Below are positions 13,007 to 27,623 of a stretch of 64,000 bases of DNA, piece by piece (positions within the stretch are counted from its first letter, which is position 1; each line of letters starts with the position of its first letter). The notes beneath the pieces were generated by a model. The model saw nothing but the letters and a program-made list of their open reading frames with translations, ran no database searches and was not told where the DNA came from. The DNA is from Eledone cirrhosa. Lineage: Eukaryota. The position numbers and the translations under genes were made by a program. The DNA is taken from contig OZ024745.1 of the NCBI GenBank assembly GCA_964016885.1, positions 43,958,001-44,022,000 of the forward strand, given 5' to 3'.

Positions 13007-13091
13007 GGTGGTGGTGGTGGTGGTGGTGGTGCTAATAGTAGTGGTGGAGGTGGTGATGGTGGTAGTAGTAGTAGTAGTAGTAGTGGTGGTT

Positions 13092-13123
<32 letters not shown>

Positions 13124-13130
13124 GATGGTT

Positions 13131-13163
<33 letters not shown>

Positions 13164-13166
13164 GTT
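12855..13166. repeat. Compound (GTA)n/(GTG)n microsatellite
   Basis: Direct inspection. Confidence 0.95.
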
Positions 13167-13311
13167 GTACACCTAAATAAATTAAGTTTAATAATTATAA
13201 TAGAGAACGCTGTGACCTGACAAACGGGTTTCACAGTCCATGACATGAAACCATATACAGGTGATATACAACATATGAGACATAACTGTTTGACTAAAAC
13301 TTAAATATGTA

Positions 13312-13359
<48 letters not shown>

Positions 13360-13617
13360 AGTTGTCCCAACGCAAACGACTATAATAATAACTGATCACT
13401 ATAAATACTGGTTGGGGAAATCGGGTAAAGTACCCCTGGAGACGGAAAATGTAGGCAGATACTCTTGCATTTCAAATTTCAAATTTTCGCAATTCTTATA
13501 AAGTGAACCAGATGCGCGCGCCTATGTGCATGTACAAATATGAATATATATATGCACATATATATGTATGTATGTATGTATAAATATATATATACATATA
13601 TATGTGGGGGGGGGGTG

Positions 13618-13648
<31 letters not shown>

Positions 13649-13673
13649 AAATAGGTGTGACACACGAGTTGTG

Positions 13674-13761
<88 letters not shown>

Positions 13762-13762
13762 C

Positions 13763-13801
<39 letters not shown>

Positions 13802-13887
13802 CTTTTTCCTATTTCCCACTCTACTACCCTAAGTAAGAGTACTCTGGTGCGTTATGGTCCATTTGGTTCCTTACCACAATTCCTTTG

Positions 13888-13960
<73 letters not shown>

Positions 13961-14035
13961 GAAAGCAGCGATTCTTTGCTTAAACTTTAATCTGTTATTT
14001 TAATAAATATATATATATATATATATATCTATATG

Positions 14036-14372
14036 AAAAACATGGGAAGAAAGAGGAATACTGCGTGGTTGCACATGGGTTACATATTATAAAATTAGTC
14101 CCTCATCAGTGATTTGCTAACCATCATTGGTATTTCATCGCATTAAAAATCAGATACCTCAGGTTGGTGCGAGCAATAACTAAAATAAGCTATTGGGACA
14201 AGTGAATCGCGTAAAGCGAGTGAGACAAGTAAACAACATAGAAGGAAGCCGTCGAAACGACTTGAGCTCTGCCGTCGGGATTAAACATTTTCCTATTACC
14301 CACTTTATTACCCTAATTATTGAGTAGTCTGGTACGTTATGGTCCATCTGGTTCCTTACCACACTTCCTTCG

Positions 14373-14374
<2 letters not shown>
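14036..14374. mobile_element. (TA)n-embedded short element: segment A (minus) joined head-to-head to segment B (plus)
   Basis: Segment A matches 37641-37850 and 25190-25330. Segment B matches 13803-13889, 34779-34988, 37143-37252, 38061-38123 and 60836-61031. Confidence 0.7.
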
Positions 14375-14419
<45 letters not shown>

Positions 14420-14796
14420 CATACATACATACATATGTATGTATATATATATATATATATATATACAGCATCTTTACACAGCCTATGATATGTGTAATGG
14501 GTAGTTGTAGTCATGGCTACTTATAAGAAAAATCAATAACGAAATCGACTTATTGGTTACCAAGTTCGATTGGATACGTATGAATATTACTACTAGTTCA
14601 GAAACATTTACGTAATTGATACCCTCTCTCTCTTTCTTTCTTTCCTTTCTGTCCTTTTCTCTTTCTTTCTCTCTCCTTCTCCTTATCTACTCCACTCTCT
14701 CTTTCTCACTTCAATAACTATTACGTTATGTATTGTTTGAATATATGTATGCATGCGTATATATTACCTTCCCCATCCCCACACACACATATATAT

Positions 14797-14839
<43 letters not shown>

Positions 14840-16101
14840 TCTGTGTGTGTGTCTGTCTGTCCGTGTGTTTAATAATTGTTTCTACTTTTTGGCACAAGGC
14901 CAGCAAATTATCCAGTGCATTACTGGTACTTTATTTTATCGACCCCGTAAGGATGAAAGGCAAAGTTAACCTCGGCTGTATTTGAACTCAGAATGGCAAG
15001 GGCCGTAACTCTGTGTGTTTAATAATGGAAAGCATATATAATATGTTTTATGTATAAGAACGATACATGTCACATCTACTCCAGTAGCCGTGTGAGAACA
15101 ACAATATTGAGAACACCAAATTGTTATTCATCTTCAGGGACGTTCATTCACTCGGACCTAAGTCTAGAATAAGTTATAGCTAATATAGATTTTTGCTTAT
15201 GAAATATCTATTGGTGCTCCTCAGTTACATATGGTATGAGCTTGACTCAATACCATAGTTGGGATTAATATGTTCTTTATTAAGACCAAGCTTGATTCTT
15301 GTTACTCTGGAGTCTCTCCTGTGTACTCCCAGGCTTGTCAGACAAATTTTGGTTTGACAACAGAAGGGACGTCAAGAAGAGAAGGGGGAAATGATAATAC
15401 GGGGAACATGGCTCGTGCATTGCATAATGTTTGCTTTTGTAAGGGTTTCAATCAGTGTCGGGTTTACCATTGTGTTTAGGTGTGCTTAAGCACAGGGCCC
15501 GGTTGGCTAGGTGGGGCCCATCTCCCTGCCAAAATAAATTTTTACGATGAATTTTTCAAATGTTTGGGGCCTCATAACTTAACTAGCACAGGGCCTCATT
15601 TGTCCTAACTCCAGCACTGGTTTCAATACCACGGTGCCCTGTGTTGTTAGTATTAAAGTCATTTATCATGATAAAGATACGAAGACTTGATCTATGGTTT
15701 ATAAACAGGAAAAGGTTTGAGACCCAGGTTTTTCATGAACATTCGTCGGTTTTGAGTGTTTCAGTTGTTTGATTGACGGAATAACCTTCTTGTGAAGTGG
15801 ACGTATAGATGGCTGATTATTCCCGAGATACATATATCCCTTAACATAATTCTCAGGGAGATTCAACGTGACACAGTGTGTAACATGACTGGTTCTTTGA
15901 ATTATAGGTTCACTTCATCCAAACAGTTTTCATCTACTCAATTTCACAATCAGGTCATGGGTCGACCGAGGGTTATGGTAAATGACACTGCCCAAATTGC
16001 AACCTAGGACCTAATGATTTTGAGCGAACTTTTTAACTATAGATAGATAGAGAGAGAGAGAGAAAGAGGGAGAGAGAAAGAGAAAGAGGGAGAGAGAGAG
16101 A

Positions 16102-16139
<38 letters not shown>

Positions 16140-16572
16140 ACTAAATTTGTCGTATAACAGCAGGTGGCTGGACTCTGGACTCTGCAAACGATAGCAGAGA
16201 AATTTAAAGGGGTGGTGAAAAGAGGAAGATTTGAGCCAAAGCAAATGTAAGATTATGTTACTTATATGCAGGTAAGTACGAGAGGGAAGTCGGATTCCAC
16301 GTAGAGACTCACACGCAGACATACACACATACCAACAGCTTTCAGAGCTAAGTATGAATACTTGAAAAATGGGTGTAGCCTGGACACGGGTTAAAGGTAT
16401 TGGTTAAAAATAGAAGATGAGAAAATTCTTTTTCGGAGAATATTTCTGGCTTGTATGTTAGTAGGACATTGTAAGGTCAAGGTTGGACCATAGTGTACAG
16501 CTGTTAGTTTAGAAAAGTGAATAACACGGAATTTAAAAAAAATATCTAGTAGTAAAACATTGACCAGCAGCT

Positions 16573-16624
<52 letters not shown>

Positions 16625-16909
16625 ATATATATATGTTTGTATATATATATATATATATATATATACAAACAATACAGATTATATATATATTCATATATAT
16701 ATATTCATATATATATATAGTCATATATATATATATATATATTCATATATATATAGTCATATATATATATATATATTCATATATATATATATGTGTGTAT
16801 TGTTTGTATATATATATATATATATATATACAAACAATACACACACACATATATATAAATAGTATGTATGTAGATAGGTAGATATGCATGTATATGTAAT
16901 ATGCTGGTC

Positions 16910-16963
<54 letters not shown>

Positions 16964-17855
16964 TATACACGGTTGTGTGTGTGTGTTTATGTATATATGT
17001 GTCTTTCTAAGAAATGAAGCTGTGCTATTTACGGTATTTCAACAATGTTATGCTGTAAATTCTCATTATTTACGCGAGGAACTCATAGGATAGAATGTCT
17101 CTTTATTTGTTTGTGAATCGTCTACTTTTTCAGCCTGAAAATATGTCAAGCTTTTATTTATCTATTTATTTACACATTTATGTATATATTTATTTTTGTT
17201 TGTTGTCGTTTTTTCTCCTTTCTTATTTCCTTCCTTCTTTCCATCCAACTATCCGTTCTCCTTTCTTTCCTTTTTATTTCTCAGGCATTTGTCATCGGCT
17301 TTTCCTTTTCCTTTCGTCTCACACTCCTCAGTTTTAAAGTTGTTTTGAATACGTTTAAAAGCCATTTGTTTATCAACAGCTTCGCAAACTTTCTAAAATT
17401 ATATTTCTTTACTAAATTGCCTATTTCGAGTTAAACAACGAATGTTTGGCGGCGGCGGAGGAGTAGGTAAAGGAAAGTAGAGCTCAAAGTTTACCAACAT
17501 GTTGATCCCCTTTCGTAGCCCAGCTGGAAGTCTGTGTTCTTGGGATAGGGGAAATTCTCGAAATACTGTGATCACTGGAGAAGAAAATGGTTTCGGGTTT
17601 AGGCACAAGGCCAGCAGTTTGGAGAAAATTTATTATATCTACCGCAGTATTTGACTGGTACCTTTTTTTTTTATCATGTCAGAAAGCAGAGTCTATATAT
17701 TTAATTTAAGACCATGAAGTTTCACATATTGATTATCAACTAGTTACGCAGATATCTCAGATAATTGGCTCAAGGTCTTTGTAGGTGTTATAGACCAGAC
17801 ACCAGCATCGATCTGTTCATCAGACATGTTGATGATTCAGCTAAAAAAACAAACG

Positions 17856-17960
<105 letters not shown>

Positions 17961-18027
17961 TGTGATATTGACGGGTGAAGGCGTATGGCTTAGTGGTTAG
18001 ACCTTTAGGTGTATATATATATATATA

Positions 18028-18101
<74 letters not shown>

Positions 18102-18789
18102 TAGAAAAACGGACATAAATGACAAATGAATACAAGCATGGTAAATGATACGAAGGTAAATGATACTGCGAAGCGGATTTCTGAGCCGTTTGACCAATCA
18201 GCGTCCACTCACATATACATGCACTTACATATCATATATAGGCGACGAATTGGGAGAGTGGTTAGATCGTCGGATAGAATGTTTTATGGTATTCGTTCCG
18301 GCTTTCTGCTCTGGTCAACTTTGCCTTTCATCCTTTAGAGGTGGATAAAAAAAAGTACCAGTCTAGTACTGGTGTTGATTCTTCCTCTATATCTCATTCT
18401 CATTTCCTCTCTCTCACTTTCTATCTTTCTCTGGAAGAAATCTGCTGAACTCAGGCCTGGAGAGGGATGGGCTCCACCAGTCTATAAAAATGCCTAAGAA
18501 ACGCCGTAAGTCAATATGGCGTCCCTGCAACTCTATCAGGATTTATGGGATCATACATGCATTTACATAATATATATACATACTATTGGATGACAGTTGA
18601 CTCTCTCGATTTCATGTGCACTTTGACAAATTAACATTTTTTCTATCATGAAGGATGTCTTAAATTCCCTCTCCTGTCCAAGCAGGCTTGATGGTGTTGC
18701 TAGTTTAGATGCTGTCGACTTCATGATCACGCAACAGGTTGTATAGGGTTACAAACTACCAGAACGTTCACGAACGACCGAACACAGCA

Positions 18790-19365
18790 TACATACATAC
18801 ATACATATCCTATCCTCAAAGCGGATACCCCTGAGTTTCTGCTTCAGCTTCGGGAACATCCAGCAGTCGCATGGGGTTAAATCTGGACTGTAGGGAGAAT
18901 GAAGGACAGTTTTGATTCCCATATCGGTCAAGTAGTTAGTCACCAGGATGGATTTGTGACAGGGGCATTGTCTTGGTACAGGTGCCACTGACCAGACTTG
19001 AAAAGTTCTGGTCTCTTGCGACAAAATTTCTTTCTGAACTGCCTCAAAACCCCTACATTGTACTCTTCGCTGACTCTGGCCGTAGAGGGTCCAGTGGATG
19101 TAGATGATGGCCTTGCTGTCGAGGAATGGGATCAGAATGAGCTTCCCAGTGAACCTGCTTCGTCTGGCCTTCATGAGTCTTGGGGAGTCAGAATGTTTCC
19201 ACAGGGTACTCTGTTTCTTGGTCTCTGGATCATAACAGTAGACCCAGCTCTCTTCACAGATGCTCAAGGACACTTGGACACGAAGCAATCCACTCGATCA
19301 TCTCCCTGCTGTCATCAATGCACCTCTGTTTTTGATCTTCAATGAACACCCTGGGAACAAACTTT
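18790..19365 (-). mobile_element. mariner transposase relic
   Basis: EESWVYCYDPETKKQS..WKHSDSPR..KARRSR..GK and HSPYSPDLTPCDCWMFPKLK..LRGIRF, with frameshifts. Confidence 0.9.
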
Positions 19366-20134
19366 GCGTTTATTCAGATTGTCTTGCTCAAGAACACAAC
19401 GCATCAGACGGTCCGAGAATCGAACTCACACCCTCACATTTGCAAGCTCGATGGTCTAACCACTAAACATATTAATTTAAACTCTTGTTCTGGTGTTTAC
19501 AAAGTAGGTCAGTGTGACCACATATGCTGACCTCTGGGCAACACGTTGCTCATTTTCTTTTGTTTCAAAATCTGGCGTCACCCGATCTGGAGAAGGGAGT
19601 CATTTGCACTTTATCAGAGATTAATTAGCTTCTACACTCATTCTGCTCTTGTCTCTCAAAAAGGAGACATCCCACTGAGTTGTTCTAGCAAGTAGAGAGA
19701 TGTAGCACTTAGCCAAACATTTCGGCCCTCTCGACAAGGGCCCGACAGCAATTCTTCCATGGGTACTCCAACAACACTTAGTCATCTGCCTCTTCTCCTA
19801 GACAAAACAGCTTCCCTGTCACTGCACTTATGCAACATAACCTCACCATAATAATACTACCTCTACTGGTACATACTGTCTGACTACGAATTGTCACTTT
19901 TTATTCCGGATTCGAAGTAATCATATTTTTTTCCTTTTTGTTAAAGTGAAGTAAAGTTCAACCAGAATTATTGGTACTTGTCGTGTTTATCATCCCCTTC
20001 TTCCACAACAATCAAATCTTCGCTTCATATGTATGTATGTATGTTATCTCTTTCTCTTAATTTCGAGTATATTTTTTTGACCGGCCACCTTCCTGGTGTC
20101 AAGGTTGTAAAAGAAAAGAAATTGTCATCTCATG

Positions 20135-20905
<771 letters not shown>

Positions 20906-21022
20906 TAACAGATTAAAGTTTAAGCAAAGAATCACTGCTTTCACCCTTAACGGGATCTTCTGAAACTACAAAAATCAATCTGTGAACGCAGAAGTAAATA
21001 TTTCGAAAAACGTTGCAACTGA

Positions 21023-21065
<43 letters not shown>

Positions 21066-21493
21066 CATATAAAATGTATATATACATATACATATATATA
21101 TATATAGTGGCAAAAGTGGAGACGTATTGATTCATGAGCACATAAATACACCTACAAATAGATATAAATTTGAGAACCAGCGGGGGTGATTTGGTTATAA
21201 ATTGACGAGTTGGAAGTGATCGAACTGTATCAAGTTAATCTTGATCATCGTCAAGGTCAGACCTTCTTGCTATTAAAGGTCAAAGTTAAGTAAGGAAATT
21301 AGATACTTAGACATCAAATTCGGTGTAAGACCTGATGTTTATTTTAACTTAGCTACAATGTCTGACATATATACAAGAGAAAGCTGAGACTGTGTGAGGT
21401 TCATGAACTTCTTCAAAACATTTAACGACTCTTTATAAGCTTGAGGCTTGTGACAAAACTAGAAATTATTATTGTTAAACCTCTTCAATTTAG

Positions 21494-22040
21494 AGCGATG
21501 GACTGGCAGAATCATTAAAGCTTCGGACAATTGCTTTGCGGCATTTAGTTACGACCCTTTAAATCTCGCAGAGTTTAACTTTGCTTTTCTTTTTTTTTTT
21601 TCGGGATTGAAAAATAAAGTACCAATCAAGTACTGGGGTTGACGTACTCGCCCCCCTGGCCTAAATTAGAAATCATTATTTTTTTACGTCCCTTTATGGT
21701 CTGAGTTCAAATCCCGCCGAGGTTAACTTTGCCTTTCATCCTTACGGGGTCGATAAAATAAAGTACCAGTAATGCACTGAGATAATTGCTGGCCTTTTGC
21801 CAAATGTAGAAACAATTATTTTGTGGATTGGCAGTATCGGTAGAGGGTCGGACGACATGCTTTGCAGCATAGAGTTACGGCCCTTTGTGGTCTGAGTTCA
21901 AATCCCGCCGAGGTTAACTTTGCCTTTCATTCTTACGGGGTCGATAAAATAAAGTATCAGTAATGCACTGGGGTCGATTTAATCGACTTTTCCCTTCCCC
22001 AAAATTGCTGGCCTTATGCTATACTAGAAACCATTATTTT
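21494..22040 (+). mobile_element. Cluster of tRNA-derived SINE copies
   Basis: A-box-like tggcagaatc, B-box gagttcaaatcc and shared core ctttgcctttcatcc..ggggtcgataaaataaagtaccag. The same family occurs at 14873-15010(-), 18240-18380, 22300-22450(-), 23070-23230, 23905-24310, 30600-30750(-), 46890-47110, 52215-52405(-), 52945-53095, 54315-54465, 58060-58250(-) and 62178-62360. Confidence 0.85.
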
Positions 22041-25000
22041 ACCTCTTCTCATATCACAATTCAAAACTAGTCGAGGTTTACTATACTTTTAATCATTACG
22101 CAATTGATAAGATAAAGTATGGTATGGTCCTGAAACTCCGAGGGAGTCGTAGGAGCGCTGTAGTGGCATACGGCATTTCTTCGACATTTTATGCCTGACA
22201 GAGCACATTACTCTCCAGGCCTGAGTACAGCAGATTTCTTCCAGAGAAGGGTAGAGAATGAGGGAGAGGAAGTGAGAAAGAGGTATAGAGGAAGAATCGA
22301 CCTCAGTACTTGACTAGTACTTTTTTAGTGACCTCGAAAGGATAAAAAGCAAAGTTGGCCTTGGCGGGATTTGAACTCGGAGAGAAGAGAGCAGAAACGA
22401 ATACCATAAAGCATTCTATCCGATGTTCTAACGAATCTGCCAATTCGCCGCCAACATAAAGTACCAGTTAAATATTAAATCGATTTCATCGATCTTACCC
22501 AAAACCCCAAAGTTCAAGGCCGTGTGATTATGTTAGAATACATTAGTATAGCAGAATCGTATCTTTGGGGATAAAATATGTTATGGTATTATATGGCTTG
22601 TAAGTATTTAGTCCAATACCTTGCGTTCTAAGTTCAAATCTCATCGAAGTCAACTATGCACCGTGGTCGATAAATAAAGTTCGAATCTAGGGTAATACTC
22701 TGGTAAAGTCGTTGGTCTGTCTGATACGATGCCTTGTGGTTTTTGTTCTGGTTATTTGTGTTCTGAGTTCAAATCGCACATTGGTATAGTTTGCGTGTAG
22801 AATTAATTGGTTACCTGGTTTAAACAGCACCCTCTGTTTCTTATGTGATTTCAAAAGAATCCACTATGTTGTAAATATTCGGGTCTAGTGTTCAGCTTGA
22901 AGATACCTCCCTCCTTCCCATTAATTTTGAAGGTCCTTGACAAGGGTTATGAGCATTGCTCTTCCTCTTAACTCAGCACTAAATAAATTAACACAACTGC
23001 CTCTTGTTATTCGGCACTCATTATTTTCTAGTTGAAAAAATGAGATACAGATATTATTTTTAATACTACTGTTAAGATGGTAGATTGGCAGAATTGATAG
23101 AATGTCGGTATTTGGCCTGGCTCTTTACATTCTGAGTTAAAATCCCGCCGAGATCTACTTTGCCTTTCATCCACCCGGGATCGATAAAATAAAGTATCAG
23201 TAATGCACTGGGGTCGATATAATCGACATTTGTCCAAGATGCCACGCAGTAAAATCGAACCCGGGACTTAATGATTGCGAAGCGAACTTTTTAATCATTC
23301 GACCATACTGCATTTACACCGGTACCCCTAGGCTAATGAGATCAATATCTTTTGTGCACAGTTTGAATATATATAAGTTGGCAACTGCAAGGAGAATGCA
23401 AGTAGAGAATAAAGTTTACAGTGGAGGAATGATTAGACAAAGTTTTAGTGTTTTATCTGAGATACAGTAGTGAAACAAGAGGAAGAGAAAGAAGTGACGT
23501 GTGGAGCTAGGAGATGAGGTTTAAATAGAAGTGTAGACTATTATTGCAGCGACAGAAGAGGCAAAGTGTAGAAACTGCGTATCTACAGGTTACTTGATTG
23601 CAGTGTAATTGTAAGAGAATATTTGTCAACCAGCCTCATTTTCATCCAACACTAGGTAGGCCAATCGTCTGTCAATCAGCTGAAAAATAAATGTGACAAG
23701 CGATATTTGTAGCAGCAGCAGTAGCACTTCCACAGATTAGTGAGCAACATTTCAGAGCATCAGTTATTTATAGTAAAAACACAACTAGAAACCAAATAGA
23801 AAATAACTACTAAGGGTCTAGACACAAAAACGTCTCCTAATATATGTAAAAACGAACATAAAAAAAACATATCTAAAGATATTTATTGTCATTACTATGA
23901 TCGGTCCCAATCGGTAGAAGGTCAGACGCCATACTTTGACACATTGAGTTACGGCCCTTGCCATTCTGAGTTCAAATCCCGCCGAGGTTAACTTTGCCTT
24001 TCATCCTTACAGGGTCGATAAAATAAAGTACCAGTCACACACTGGGGTCAATTTCATCGACTTTTCGCTCCCCCCAAATTTGCTGGCCTTGTGCCTATAT
24101 AAGAAACCATTATTATCATTGATTAAGACGGTGAATTGGCAGAATTGGCAGAATCGCTAGAGCTTTGGACAAAATGCTTTTCAGTATTTAGTTACAACTT
24201 TTTACGTTCAAATCTCGCCGAGGTCAACTTTACTTTTCATGCTTCTGGCATCGATAAAATAAAGTACCTCTGAATTTCTAGGCTCGTGCCTATGTTAGAA
24301 ACAATTACTATCATTGATTTACTATTTGAACATTAGAGGAATATTCAATTCACTTTATCCTTAATAAATCATTAGTACTTAACTAAGGTCGCAGGGGTAG
24401 CAGAATGATTAGAGTGTCATCTGAGTTCTTATTACGTCTCTCATCCGTTTGAAGTCGATAAAACGAATCTACAAATAGAATAATCTCATTTAATGCACTA
24501 ATGTCTGTTTGTTTGTTTTTTTAAGGAACATTATACACCTATCAGCCTCAATCGTTTAAATGTTTATGTTAAATTAAGAGATCATAATTATTTAAAATAA
24601 TTGCTCATATGATTTTCATTTAAAACCCGGCACGCCTGTAGCAACCTAATTCAAAGAGCTAGAGCACTAGTTAATCAATACTTAATTTATGGGGTTGTTA
24701 TCTTAGAAAGGATCGGTTCTGGCATAATACTCTATAGGAACACATCCTCAACATTAATTCTATGTTGTGAAAATTATTTGTCTACGTTTTTATGTCCTTT
24801 TATAAACCTCAAACTATCCTACTTCACAGAAAATTCAGAAATAAAGCCAGGTCGGTATTCTAAATACCAGTAATTACATTTAATAAATAAACTGGTATTA
24901 TACCCACTCCCCCTTCTCTCTCCTTGTATCTCTTACTTTCACTCACCCCCTCTGCTGGTCACCCTCTCTCGGCTGGCCTCTTCCTCACACTTTCACTCAC

Positions 25001-25401
25001 TCACTCTCTGCTACTCCCCCTCTCTCACTACCTCCCGTTTGACCTGTGTAAAATCCTTTTCTCGCTTACATTTCGTTGGGTTTGGACGCGTCTGTTCTTC
25101 TCGTCATTGATTTGCTAGAACTAAAGTTCACAATGTATCACTGACTTGTTCTCTCATCTTCCTCTCTTTACGTTGCCTTACCATTTTGTTTGTTTACATG
25201 TCTCTCTTTCTCCATCCAATTCTTTTTATCCCAATAACTTTATTTAGTTATTGCTCGCACTGTCTTGAGGTATCTGGTCTTTAATGCGAAGAAATACCGA
25301 TGATAGCCAGAAAATCACTCTGATGACGGATAGTCCTGGTTTCTTGCTCTATTTTTTACTTCACATGTATCACGTTCGCAACAAGCTCGCCATTTTTCAT
25401 T

Positions 25402-25446
<45 letters not shown>

Positions 25447-25544
25447 ATTTGTTATGGCTAATAGGGAGTTTGTTACTCTAAAGTTTCATCTGCGCACATA
25501 TCTGATGATCTTGTAGGTAAGCAGGTGAAACTCCAGAGTAACAA

Positions 25545-27340
25545 CACTCTCTCCTAATACTCCTCTCTGTATCAATTAACACCAAACTCTCCCTCTCTCT
25601 ATATATCTACTACACGACACTCTCTTCAACCCTCCTCTCTGTATCAATTAACACCAAACTCTCCCCCTCTCTATATATCTACTACACGACACTCTCTTCC
25701 AAACCCCCTCTCTATATCAATTAACACCAAACTCTCCCTCTCTATATATCTACTACACGGAACTCTCTTCTAACCCTCCTCTCTATATATCTACTACACG
25801 GAACTCTCTTCCAAACCCCCTCTCTATATCAATTAACACCAAACTCTCCCTCTCTATATATCTACTACACGGAACTCTCTTCTAACCCCCCTCTCTATAT
25901 ATCTACTACACGGAACTCTCTTCCAAACCCCCTCTCTATATCAATTAACACCAAACTCTCCCTCTCTATATATCTACTACACGGAACTCTCTTCTAACCC
26001 CCCTCTCTATATATCTACTACATGGAACTCTCTTCCAAACCCCCTCTCTATATCAATTAACACCAAACTCTCCCTCTCTATATATCTACTACACGGAACT
26101 CTCTTCTAACCCCCCTCTCTATATATCTACTACACGGAACTCTCTTCCAAACCCCCTCTCTATATCAATTAACACCAAACTCTCCCTCTCTATATATCTA
26201 CTTCACGGAACTCTCTTCCAACCCCCCTCTCTATATATCTACTACACGGAACTCTCTTCCAACCCCCCTCTCTATATATCTACTACACGGAACTCTCTTC
26301 CAACCCCCCTCTCTATATATCTACTACACGGAACTCTCTTCCAAACCCCCTCTCTATATCAATTAACACCAAACTCTCCCTCTCTATATATCTGCTACAC
26401 GGAACTCTCTTCCAAACCCCCTCTATATATCAATTAACACCAAACTCTCCCTCTCTATATATCTACTACACGGAACTCTCTTCCAAACCCCCTCTCTATA
26501 TCAATTAACACCAAACTCTCCCTCTCTATATATCTACTACACGGAACTCTCTTCTAACCCCCCTCTCTATATATCTACTACACGGAACTCTCTTCCAAAC
26601 CCCCTCTCTATATCAATTAACACCAAACTCTCCCTCTCTATATATCTACTACACGGAACTCTCTTCCAACCCCCCTCTCTATATATCTACTACACGGAAC
26701 TCTCTTCCAACCCCTCTCTCTATATCAATTAACACCAAACTCTCCCTCTCTATATATCTACTACACGGAACTCTCTTCCAACCCCCCTCTCTATATATCT
26801 ACTTCACGGAACTCTCTTCCAACGCCCCTCTCTATATATCTACTACACGGAACTCTCTTCCAACCCCCCTCTCTATATATCTACTACACGGAACTCTCTT
26901 CCAACCCCCCTCTCTATATATCTACTACACGGAACTCTCTTCCAAACCCCCTCTCTATATCAATTAACACCAAACTCTCCCTCTCTATATATCTACTACA
27001 CGGAACTCTCTTCCAAACCCCCTCTCTATATCAATTAACACCAAACTCTCCCTCTCTATATATCTACTACACGGAACTCTCTTCCAACCCCCCTCTCTAT
27101 ATATCTACTTCACGGAACTCTCTTCCAACCCCCCTCTCTATATATCTACTACACGGAACTCTCTTCCAAACCCCCTCTCTATATCAATTAACACCAAACT
27201 CTCCCTCTCTATATATCTACTACACGGAACTCTCTTCCAACCCCCCTCTCTATATATCTACTACACGGAACTCTCTTCCAACCCCCCTCTCTATATCAAT
27301 TAACACCAAACTCTCCCTCTCTATATATCTACTACATGGA
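25545..27340. repeat. Composite tandem array of two monomers (about 41 bp and 30 bp)
   Basis: ctctctatatatctactacacggaactctcttccaaccccc interspersed with ctctctatatcaattaacaccaaactctcc. Confidence 0.95.
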
Positions 27341-27623
27341 ACCGTTTTTGCAATCCTCCTCTCTATATCAATAAACATCAATCTCTTCTCCTCTCTATAT
27401 CAAATACCACGAAACTCTCTCCCTCTCTATATCTATCTCTCCTATTTGTCTCTACATAACATGTCCATAAATTGTAGTGCATATACAAATAGTTGTGTGT
27501 GTTTGGTATTTTGGAGAGAAAAGTATAATTATGGGGTGGCAGGCATGCCCCATCCCCCTAGTTCCACCGCCTCTGCATTACAAAAAATGATAGTGTGATA
27601 TCCTTTTCTTTAAACCTATAACT

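Noticed and set aside
17700-17830. Minus-strand CTGATGA...GAAA hammerhead candidate
   Set aside because: No stem I complement and a poor stem III.
23630-23682. Minus-strand LIDRRLAYLVLDENEAG* as the final profilin exon
   Set aside because: It has a good acceptor but is too short, and the similarity is too weak to support.
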